Below, piece after piece: positions 53,440 through 64,000 of a stretch of DNA of 64,000 nt. A program made the position numbers and the translations under genes. Numbering within the stretch: position 1 is the stretch's first letter; the number at the start of each line of letters is the position of its first letter. The DNA is from Vicugna vicugna (Eukaryota), in the NCBI GenBank assembly GCA_013265495.1, contig MU058844.1, forward strand, positions 5,579,260 to 5,643,259, written 5' to 3'. The notes under the pieces were generated by a model, which saw only the letters and a list, made by a program, of their open reading frames with translations, was not told the origin of the DNA and searched no databases.

Positions 53440-53523
53440 AGTTCATTCCAAATGTGTACTTTGAAGTGGTGAGCATGTAGTAGATCTCTTGGTCTTCAAG
53501 TTTCAGAAGAGCTCCATGAGTTT
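53440..53523 (-). ncRNA. Candidate internal exon (84 nt)
   Basis: Minus strand: acceptor ttctttatctccatctcAG (53525-53524), donor ACT|GTAAGT (53439-53434). Alternative acceptor at 53565-53564. Confidence 0.4.
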
Positions 53524-53959
53524 CTGAGATGGAGATAAAGAATTTTAAAAGAAGATGCAGCACCTATTGGAATAGCCTCAGCATAGATATAAGCAAATTT
53601 CAAGAAATATCTTCTATTATAGGTAGTCCTCAATAAATGAATGGTGATGTAGGAAATAATACAAGCAAATAAACAAGAACTTCCAAACATTATTCACAAC
53701 TCCCACCTGCAGGATCTCCCCAAAGACATTAGAATCTTGAGGAAAATTCCTTTTCTCGGTCCTTCTCACCTCTGCCTACCATAGAACTGTGCCCTAATTA
53801 AATAGATTACCAACAGTAAAAATATCTTTAATTTCAACAAGCTAGTTAAAGCAGGTATCAGATGGAGAACTTGCAGAACAAGAACCTTGTCCTTCACTTA
53901 ACACAAATCTTCTAATCTTTACATTTCCATGTGACAACATTTTGGTGACATTTTACAAT

Positions 53960-54306
53960 TTGGGGCATCTCAGGACCTTATTGTGATGGTGAAATGATAT
54001 TACGTTTTATTGTAAAATTATGGTAAAGTATTAAAAGATGTTTGGTCCTGTCTAAAAGGTCCATAAGACATTTGATCCATGCCAAAAAGTCCTTAAATTT
54101 GGTCCTATCCAAAACATTGGTCCATGCCAAGTGGTTTTAGACAGGACCAAGTGTTAAGGACCTTTTGGTGTGGACTGTCTTATGGACATTTTGAACAGGA
54201 CCAAATTGTTCTGCAAACATCAAGGACCTTTTGACATGGACCAAATGTCCTATGGATCAAATGTCTTATGGATGTTTTGGACAAGACCAAATGTCTTGCA
54301 AGGATC
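53960..54306. mobile_element. DNA-transposon-like relic (MER99-like, tentative) with GGTCC/GGACC subrepeats in inverted arrangement
   Basis: Repeated tttggtcctgtcYaaaa and its reverse complement ttttRRacaggaccaaa. The family name is from recall only. Confidence 0.5.
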
Positions 54307-54919
54307 TTAGTGTACTTACATACTGATTATAATCATTTTAATGACATGGGCCTACTTATTTTAAGGAAAATTTTGAGAAAGGAAATCTGACCCACCCAAG
54401 CAGTGTTCTGATTTTGGAGGCAGTCATATGAAGACCTTCCCAACATCAAAATACAGCTTGTCTAAGTCATCCTCCTTAACTACCTTACTAAATTACTTTC
54501 TCTGTTGTTAATTAAGAAGGAGTGTGGTAAGGCACTTTTTAGAGTGACTTTTGTTAGTTAAAATATTTCGGCCTTAATTTTTAATTGCTTTCATTTCTCA
54601 TTATTCATATTCTGTTGATCATGTGGAGAAGGAAAACTGGTAAAAATACTTACACACTTCCAGAAATTTGAAAGTGTGAGTGGTTTTCTTAATTTTTTAA
54701 AATGATTAGGTAAGTTGGTTTTACAAGCATAATGATTTCCATCCATTATATAAAATAAGACTCATGTGTATTTACAAATTTAAAAGTTACTTACTCTTTA
54801 GTAATTCCATCTGCTTTTCTAGGATCAAATTTTACCTTTTTATTACAAAGTCTAACAGATTTAAGGCTTTATGATTCTTTTATTCTGCTGAGTGGCTGGG
54901 TAGAGATTGAAACTAATAT

Positions 54920-55380
54920 TTAACAGCTACTTACTATGAAGAAGATATGGCTTAGCTCATTTAATCCTCCAACTATATTATGTAAGAGAAAATATGATCC
55001 TCAGTTTTGTAAATAATATGCAGATTCATATTGGTAGTATAATTTGCTTGAAGTCACTTAGCCAGTTAGCAGAGTCAAGGCGGTCTCACTTCTAAGCCCA
55101 TGCTCTGCTCACTGCACCATCCGACATGAAGACTAGAATCTCCTTGATGATGATAGAGTAAAAATGACTACGTTGAAAGCCCTGTGTCAGGCATGAATTG
55201 CACTGCTTTTAATACAGGAGCTCCTTTAGATCCCTTTACTTTACCTACTTTATAGATAAACTGAGCTAGAGAGAGGTTTGAATTTGTTCATGTCCAGAGA
55301 CAGAGTAGTTAAGTCAGGATTGAGCCACAGTCCTTTTTAATTGCACAGTTATAACTAGAACACTTTACCACTATTCCACT
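54920..55380 (-). mobile_element. Two MIR relics
   Basis: ctcatttaatcctccaac ... aatttgcttgaagtcac, and ctactttatagataaactgagctagagagaggtt. Confidence 0.65.
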
Positions 55381-58300
55381 GACATTTATTTGTGAAGTTG
55401 TTAAGGATTTTTTTTTGTACAACCTGTATCACAAAGCTACAGTAATTTCTCAATAAATACTAATTGTTTTTATATCTACCTAAGTATGTAATGATTAATG
55501 AGAACTTCTTATGGAAAGACATGAAAAAGAGTCAATATATGTCTACACAGAGGGAAGACAACTTTTTATAATTCTCAGCATTAGCTGTTCCTGTGAACTA
55601 AATTATATTAAAGATAATCAAATCTGAAGTATCAGCAAAATAAATATCTGTATTTGTTTGTCTACCTACTACAAATAAACATGCATGGTATTGATCTGGT
55701 AGCTTCACATTGCTATTCATACTTAGGTGAGGCATCAGTGAAGTAGGCAACATTTATATTAAAATAATTGATTTGCTTCTAAACATCTACTATAGGTCAG
55801 AAAAATTGGCGTTTATCCTATAACACAGAATAGCTGAAATAATTTAAAAACTCTCATCTGGAACTGAACATGTTATTTTAATACTGCAGGGCTGAATAAA
55901 AATCATTAGGAAGTGATTCTTTGGGAAAAACAAACAATTGTCATTAGATTTGTAAGACTTCCATCCAAGTGGCTCTAATCAGCCACATCTTTTGAGAATA
56001 ATACAAACTGAGTAAACATCTAGATATAAATCTGGGGCAGAGAGCAAATATTACTGGAAAAGAAATACTGACTGTTTTCCTAATTTATTTTGCACAGGCA
56101 GAAAAAAATCTCATTTCTTTATGGATTTGTTGCCTGAAGTATATTCTTACCGCTTTATCTCCTAATACCTTAGAATTTCAAAATCGTACGATTACTATTT
56201 TGTTCATATAATTTTCCCTTTAGAATTCACACTTAATAGAGTGGCATATATGAAACATACTCTAATTACTCCAAAGTTTAAATTACATGTTTAGCAATAA
56301 AATCTACAGCTAAATGCAGTAAAAAAAAATAGAAACAAAATAAATATATCAAAATCTAACAAAAAATGACTATAAAATAAACTTTAATCAATAAGTATAT
56401 TATAATGCTCAAAAAGGATGCAAGAGATGTAAGAATATGGAAATATGTATCAGAAACCATTTTATGATGTGACCAGGCACACTCACATCCTAAAAGAATA
56501 TAGTATATGTTTTCTTAATATACAGTTGGAGCACATCAAGGCATCGACCACTATTTTGCTACCCATGAGAAACTGCAGAAATCTGTACTGTAGACAGCTA
56601 AAGTAAGGTGGCAATATGTAACTAACCTTAGAAGAGAAATCTACATTTTGTTTTTAACAATTGAGATTTAACTTGCTAGTTAAAAGGAGATCAATGAGTT
56701 TGTGACAATATACTTAATTTGCATTACTATGTTCAATTGAAAGGAAAGAAAGTCTGCTTCTAGTGATAAATCAACTAAAGAATAAAACTAATTGAAATCT
56801 TTTATTCCAGTTTTCTTTTGATTACTAAAGGCTTATATAAGAAATTTTAACACTGTCTGAATTCAAATATAATATTTTGTCTTCTACTGATTTGTACATT
56901 TTATAACCTTGACTGACTCCTGCAAATGAAACTGCATTGATTCATTTAGGCTAATAGATAAGATTTAGTAGTTTTTTGTAGTCTTTGGTTTTATGTATCA
57001 TATTGGTATGAAGGCAACTGTGGAAAGTATCAACAATTTTATTGAGACTTTTTCAGTCAGAAAGCAAAAATCATGAATATTTATTTTAAATTAAATAAAT
57101 AATATAGAAGAAAATATATGTGAATTTAGGGGTCTTTTTTTTACTATTATAGTTATTTTTTTTAATTGCTATAAAATTTCCTTGAGTAGTGATTTGAAAT
57201 TCAACATCTAGAAGGACAATATTATGCTTTTCTTAAATTATGTTGTTTTATGTACTTAATTTTTTTCTTTGCATAAAGAAAACTGCCTTAATGATTTTAT
57301 GATCCTAAAAAACTATTGATTCTTTTTATACTGCTGCTCCTTTAATTTTATTTTAGAAAAGAAAGATTAAATATATTAAAATTGTACCAGATTAGCCACT
57401 AACACTTAAGCAAAAATCAAGTAGAACATTATAATATAGATTATTGTAATTTACTCTAAATTCATGTAACTTAAGAGTGAGAGGCAGTTATCTTATGGGC
57501 TATGTACATTTTATTCTTATGTGTTATTTTCTGATACAAAGGGATTAAATAAATGTACTAAGGATTTAAATAAATGATGAATCTGGGTGAGAAAAGGATT
57601 GACTACTATGTATTTTTTATAAATCTTTTTACTCTAATGCTAAGGAGAAAAGGAATGGGAGACACTGAGGACAGGAGGAATAAAAGGAATTGATTTGAGG
57701 AAGGGGGTTATATATTAAGAACTTTGTCAGACATTTTTTCTTAAATAACTCTATTCAATAAGAACATTCTCTAAACTACCACCTTTCTTTACTAGCTATC
57801 ACTGTCTACTTAACTATCTATCTATAACTGAGTTTTCTGGAAAAACACATAAAAATGTTAAAGACTTAATAGGTAATGGAACAGAGAGAGTTAAGTTCCC
57901 ATTAGTTTAATTATTTTTCTAAATATTTACCTAATTTTTATAAACAATTTTAATATTACATCCATTTTATTTAGGATTTTACTGAGATATTTAAAAATTC
58001 TACAAATTGTTTTCTTTCTCTTTTGTTTCCTGTTAGTGAGTGTGCATATGACTAAATGGTATTATATAAATAAATAGTTAACATAAAAGACAACTTCCAT
58101 CAGAATATTTTTGTGGGCTTTATTAAGTCTTTCATATCCGTCTGAAATTATACTACCCATAGCACCTCATGCATTGCTGAATTTTACAATAACATTTTAA
58201 GCTCTGATGCAAAACCAATAAAAATGAGCAGTGTTTGTGAAGAGCTTATAATCTTTTAAATAATTACTTGAATAATGAATAAAATCTGAAATTAGCTCCC

Positions 58301-59639
58301 CTCCCCCTTTTCTAGCAATAAACTTGCCTATGTACACAGAAACTGAAGCAGGCATTATTATAAATTTGAAACTGATATATTCACAATCTAAATCTAAAGT
58401 ACCTTATCTCATGCTACTACAATTTTACAACTTTAAAAACGGATGCTCTGTGACTCACATAGGAACACATTCCTGAGCTACCAAAAATGATGAGAGGTAG
58501 TGTCTGGGGAATATGCTTTTTGATTTCAAGTCAAAGCAAATGAACTGGTCTTCTTGCTGATCACTTCCACTGAATTTCAACAGAGCAGCAATACTGACAA
58601 CTCTAACAGCAGGAGCTTCAATTAAAAAAAAATTAAAGAACCTCTAAGTTCATTTTTTTCTAAACAAATTCAATATAATACTGATCTTCCATCTCTTAAA
58701 AATACAAGAAAAAGATAAAACTGTTGATAAGACTGACTAAAAAAGGAATAGTAACCGTGTTTCTTTTGTGTTCAAAGCAGTGATTCGGAGTAGAGAAACA
58801 TGTAAATATCTGTCTGATCTCAAAGGTACAATTTAAGAATATTTTTCAAAAGAACATAAGGGTACTTGAATAAATATAATTTATAAAAGCCATTTCCAGC
58901 ATTTCATTTAAACATCCATCTAGTACTGTTTCAATGATATCTCCCAATTTTCTCATTAAAGTTTTAAAAAAATTCCAAACCATCAAGATACTTCCTAAAA
59001 CTTTGTAAAAGCCAAATAAAAAGTTTCATTTAATCTGGAAAATAAAACAAATTCTTGTATCTGCATCCAAGAGTGAATTACCCACTTTAATGTCATAGCA
59101 TATCTCAAATTAAATCAAAATAAGGAGCTAGAAGAATAAGAATGTGACTGTTGTATTTTAGATACAAGATATTATGGCCTTTAGAAAGCATATCATAGGT
59201 AACTAGGTATTTAAATCATTTAATTCGTTTCATCTTAGTTATTTGCTCGCTATTTGATTGCAAAATGATGAATGGCTGAGCTCTAGCAAAGAAGGCATAT
59301 TTGAACTCTTGAATTAACCATAGTTATATCATATTTTAAGAAACTGAGGTAACCCATGCAAGTAGAAAATATATTTTAGATCAAGATGTTTGCTCATACA
59401 ACTGAAATGATCTTATGTTTTAAAATAGAAATTATCACATAATTTTATCTATTCTTGTGTCAATTTTTTAAACAATTTTTTTACACATAGGTTTTAGAGA
59501 AGGTTGAAAAACAAAACAGAAGGATAGATACCTTAAGATCCTTTTATTATAAAAAGTTATAGTACATTTTAGAGGATTTAAAAATATATAGACTTCATAT
59601 TAAAATTTATCTAGATTTTTAAAATATCTATTAAAAATT

Positions 59640-60000
59640 AAATGACCTAAAACATACTGCCAGATAGTTTTCCAGCAAAGATGGGTTTATTCAGGATCAA
59701 CGGACAATTATAATTTGGCATCTGGAACCATGGTGAGTCACATGCAAGTTCCTTGCACAACAAGAGAAGAATTATTTTTTTTTTTAATTGAAGAATTTTT
59801 TATAGAAAGAAAAGGGAAGTTGAGAAGGCTGTAATGAACAAGGTGTCCATGACTTTTCATTGGCTGAGTCCTTGCCAGGAAAGAAGAGGAATCTTTCTTC
59901 TTTCTGTTAGGCTCTGTTGTTATTGCGAGGCATGAGAGCCTCCTCTTCTGGTCTCCTGACTCTATTTATAACTGAGATTTCTGTTATTACTTTTATTACA
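59640..60000 (-). repeat. 3' LTR of the provirus
   Basis: Homologous to 63893-64000. Poly(A) signal (tttatt at ~59686), CCAAT (attgg at ~59859), ends ...ttaca next to the polypurine tract tttccccttt (60001-60010). Confidence 0.88.
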
Positions 60001-60393
60001 TTTCCCCTTTTGATTAAGATCTTTCTCAGAAAGAATAATTGACCAAGAATCAGGTTTTCCAGTTTCCACTGGCTTTTTGTCTCTCAGTGCCAGGAAGGAC
60101 CTTTCTTGGGCATAATGTCTCATGTCAAAGGAAAAGTGCACAGATTGGAAACTTATTGGGTTACATTGGGTTGCTCCTGTGAGTAACCAAGAGGAGTAGA
60201 AGGGAGAATTCTCAGGCTTCTTTTTTTTATCTAAAGTTTATCTGTTATCAAGATTGTAGACACTGGAGGTGATCTGAAGTGCTATCTTACCATCAAAGAT
60301 TTGGTGGCAGACTTCCTACAGGCCTTGTATGGATAACTTGGGAAAGCTGTCTCATTAGATTGCATCAGCTCCAATTTGGGGTAATCTTTACTC

Positions 60394-63300
60394 TCAGGTA
60401 ACCACATGATGTGTGGGTCCAGTCAGTATTCTGTGTGTTTTTGTTTTTTTTTTAAGGTGTGTTACATGAATCCAAGAGCCTATTCCTTGATGTTTGGTAG
60501 CACAAGGATTGGTTACCAATACTTGATAGGAGTCTTTCCAGTGAGGCTGAAGAGAGTTCTTCTGGAGATGTCTTTTCCAATGGACAAAATCTCCAGTTTG
60601 CAAGGTGTGATGCTCAAGATCTTCATCTGCTAAGAGTGTACTGTGAAAAGATTACTTTACCAAAACATGATTATTTTTAATACAAGCAGTTAAGCCTTTG
60701 CAGTATTAGAGTATCTCTCCTTTTATCAGTTTTGGATCAAAAGAAGCAGGAGCCAAGTGCATTTAGCATCCTGTGACTATCTCATGGGGTGAGAGTTTAT
60801 GAGTTCCAAAAGGAGTGGATGTGACAATTAGAAGGATTAACAGCAATATTTTTGGCCGAGGTATTTGAACGGCCTCTACACATTTTTCCAATTGAGTCAT
60901 AATAATGCCATTAATATATTTGACTAAGACAGAAGATTGAGGAGAATAAGTACAGTGAAAATATTGTAAAAGAAGCCGAACAGTGCAGACTTGCCAAAGT
61001 AACTTGGCCAGTAAAATGGATTCCTTGATCACTATACATTTCAAAAGGAGTTCACCAGATAGGGGTAATATTTTCCAAAAGGTCTTTAGCCAAGAAGTGG
61101 GAATAGACTGTAATGGAAGGCTTCAGCCCAGTGTGGAAACACACAGACCATGCCTAAAATATATTTTATTTATGAGATGGAGTAAGTTGTATGAAATCCA
61201 TTTGCCATACCTCCAGTGGTCTACTCAGCAGTTTAAAATGTCCACTAGCAGTGCAAACAGGCTTCCCTGTGTCATACTTCTGACAAGTGGGACAAGAGAA
61301 GCAGGCCCTTTTCGCAGCCTTATTAACGTTTTCTCATCAATATTGATTCATGAATGCTATCATTTTGTCAGTAGACCGATAATTTAATGCAAGTACAGAA
61401 GTGAGTGGGAATTTGATAGTCTCCATTAGGACTGAGTGATATTTGGTCTAAACCAGAGCTCTCTGTTTTTATCAAACCACTAATTATCAAATTTCTAGTC
61501 CTGTTTTTCCTTTTCTGAGGCCAATTGCTCATTTCTCTACCCAAATTCTTGTTAGCATTTGTGGAAATACACCTTTGGGCCATGAGAGAGGTTTGGCTGC
61601 TGTTACTTTCTTTAAGGGCAGCATTCCTTGCAGAAACATCAGCGTGGTGATTTCCCTTAGCTTCCAGAGAGTCAAGTTTAGAATCCCCCAGAATCTTAAA
61701 AGTAGCTAAAGCAGCAGGTAAAAGTTTTGCATCTAATAATTCCTGAATATAGGGGCCATATTTAATTTTATTTCCCCTAATAGTAAGGAAGCCATATTTC
61801 TCCCAAAATATTCCAAAATCATGAACCACTCCCAAAGCATATCTACTATCAGTATAAATAAATACTGGCAGTTTTGTCCTTGGCTAAAGTACAAGCCTGT
61901 GTAGGAGTGTATAATTCAGCTTATCAGGCTGAAGCAGTCATAGGTAAAGATGCTTCCACAATAACATCAAAAGGAGTTGCAGTAGCACAGCCAGCACATT
62001 TCACAATGTCACCTTTTAAATAAGAACTACCAGTGAGCCACAGAAGTCAGCGTTGCCCAAAGGAACTTCCTGAAGATCATCATGAGGAATCAGGGGGTGG
62101 TCTGTGAGCATTAAGCAGTCAAGAGAGACTAACTTGGGTCATAGATGGGAGAAGAGCGGCAGGGTTAGGGTTATCACAATGTGAAAGAGTTATGTGAGGG
62201 GCAGTTAAGAAAAGAATTTCATAGATGGTGAGATGACTTCCTGGGAAATGCTGAGTGTGATGAGGATTCAGGAGAGGTTTTTCTGTTGTATGAGGTACAA
62301 AAAGGGTTAAAGGTGATCCCACCATGGTTTTCTCAGTAGTCTTAATTAAAAGGGCAATGGCCATAATAGCTCTAAGGCAATGGGAGTTACCCTCTTGTTC
62401 CAGGGTCCAGTTGCTGGCTATAGTACCCTAAGGGTTGATGGTCAGTTTCCAAGTGAGTACCCTGGGGAAATTCTCTCCCTTTTCATATACAAAAAAAGGA
62501 AAAAGAAACTCTGATCATTGGTATGCCCAAGGGCATTTGCATTCATCAAACTCTCCGTAAGCCTTGAAAACTATGATGTCTGATTCTTCTCATAAAATTG
62601 GGTTCGAGTTGTTTTTGTTTAGTAAAACATACAGAGGTTTGGCCATAAGAAAAAAAAATTGGAATCCAATTTCAGCAATAATCAACTAGACTAGAAAATC
62701 TCACAGTTGGTGCTTAGTTTTGGATCTAGATGTAGCCTTTGTTCTGATATCAGATGCCCTAAATATCAAAACTGGGTTTGGGCAAACTATAATTTTTCTA
62801 TGGCTATCTTATGTCTCTTTAAAGCTAAACGCTTTAACAAATGGATGCTGTCAAATCATCCACACGTTGCAACAAAGTAGGTCCTCTAGAGAACTTTATT
62901 TCATCCAGATCAGCCTTCAGGATCTTCAGGAAATAGGAAGGACTCTTCAGTAAAACCCTGAAGCATTACTGTGTTTCCTCCCAAGTGAAGGCATAAAGGT
63001 ACTGGTTAGCTTCATCTCTGGGGTGCTAAAGAGTGCACTGCATAAATCAGTTTCAGTAAAGAATTTGTTTCCTGTGGGAATGGATTTTAGTGACATATGG
63101 GGGTTAGGAACAACAGGGTGTCGAGGGATAGCAATGTTGTTTATCGCTAGAGAGTCCTGGACAAACGTCCACTCTCAGCCCTTAGGTTTTCTCACTGGTA
63201 AAATGAGTGTTACAGGGGCTAGTACAAGGGATAATGAGATCTTGACCTTTGTAATCTTCTATTGTGGGTTTTATGCTTTGAAAGTCTTCTTTACTTATAC

Positions 63301-63430
63301 AAAATTGATTCATCCTGGGAAGAGATTTTGAGGAGTCTGATTAAATCTTGATGGGAGATAAGCTATGAATTTTGCCGATAGAGGTTGGAAATTTTGTCCA
63401 TAAGGAAGGTGTTTTCTGATCAATAGGAGG
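60394..63430 (-). pseudogene. pol: Decayed ERV pol (RT, RNase H, integrase)
   Basis: Minus-strand translations: IIPCTSPCNT, ILPVRKP, FVQD, HPVVPNP, DLCSALFS, LLQRVDDL (degenerate YVDD); RNase H TDSRYALGVVHDFG, KGNHHAD; integrase FHCTYSPQSS and WKDSYQV...SWIHVTHLKK. Many stops and frameshifts. Confidence 0.93.
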
Positions 63431-63873
63431 AAGACAAAGGTTTTTTTCAGCCAGTTTCCAGAGAACAGCCCCTACTCCAAAGGCTGAACTGGCGCAGTTT
63501 CAAGTAGACCCTGTTCTGGAAGGAATGGGACAAAGGCTAGCCAGTTTCAGGAGAAACAGCCCTTGTTCCCCCCAAAATGAGCTGAAGGCTTAGGCTAGCT
63601 TCAATTGAAACACTCTGACCTCAAAATCAGACCAAAATGTCAAATACTTGCATACAGAATGAGGCCTTAACCAGAAAACAAAACCTGAAAATAGATCCTG
63701 AATAAAGCCCAGAGGGCTTCAGATGCAAAGAAGATAATGAGCTCAAACTCAGGAAAAAGATGTACCTTCAAACCCCAGGGTCAGCAAGAAAAGCAGTGAC
63801 CAAAAGGGGATCAAACGTGGGTACTCTACCTGCGTGCTCATCAGCCCCAGAACTTTTGGGGGTCTTCTCTGGT

Positions 63874-63892
63874 CCTCCTATAGCTGCCAAAA
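63874..63892 (-). other. Degenerate primer-binding site
   Basis: Minus strand reads tt-tTGGCAGCtataggagg immediately after the 5' LTR end. Loosely resembles a tRNA-Leu PBS; the primer tRNA is uncertain. Confidence 0.45.
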
Positions 63893-64000
63893 TGCTGACT
63901 TAAAACAAATAGACTTTTAGATATCTCTCCAGCAAAAATGGATTTATTCTGGATCAGCAGAGAATTGCAGTTCGGGGTCTGCAAACATACTGAATCACAT
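63893..64000 (-). repeat. 5' LTR (U5/R end) of the provirus, truncated by the window
   Basis: tgctgacttaaaac...ccagcaaaaatggatttattctggatcagc aligns to 59643-59743. Confidence 0.88.

Larger units (their letters stand above)
59640..64000 (-). mobile_element. Class I (ERV1) provirus lacking gag, protease and env; 5' LTR runs off the window end
   Basis: Two related LTRs (59640-60000 and 63893-64000+), PPT next to the 3' LTR, PBS-like sequence next to the 5' LTR, pol remnants between. Internal region only ~3.9 kb. Confidence 0.92.

Noticed and set aside
54037..54296. CRISPR-like short repeat array
   Set aside because: Units are degenerate, switch orientation midway and lack unique fixed-length spacers. 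The context is mammalian and there are no cas genes.
60394..62364. Co-opted ERV protein (ORFs up to 155 aa)
   Set aside because: Fragments drift out of frame, the RT YVDD motif reads RVDD, RNase H has stops, and no env ORF is present.
60983..63331. Plus-strand ORFs of 77-134 aa over the ERV
   Set aside because: They are antisense shadows of pol with no recognisable protein features.

Overview
AT-rich, gene-poor placental mammal DNA, most likely camelid (a vic-1-type tRNA-derived SINE with target-site duplications lies at 11995-12116). No intact protein-coding gene is recognisable; the longer ORFs in the track that I could assign are decayed L1 or ERV pol fragments or microsatellite read-through. 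The window holds several L1 copies of different ages, L2/MIR relics, MaLR and ERV1 solo LTRs, hAT and Tigger MITEs, and a minus-strand class I provirus at about 59640-64000 that keeps pol but lacks gag, protease and env. The most notable observations are: a 5'-half tRNA-Gly(TCC) tailless retrocopy ending at the anticodon loop (36409-36444); a ~98% identical 445-bp head-to-tail duplication (46641-47536); an ~80-bp-arm hairpin built of GGTCC/GGACC units (54037-54296); a templated internal re-copy inside an L1 (4445-4488); and four minus-strand exon-like segments in non-repeat DNA (53523-53440, 47795-47689, 20641-20499, 9799-~9650 with AATAAA) that could form a spliced, possibly LTR-driven lncRNA. 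I find no convincing evidence of a wholly new biological system. The lncRNA model is the best unexplained candidate and rests on splice motifs only. Repeat subfamily names come from my recall of consensus sequences, not from a search, and boundaries of old repeats are approximate.
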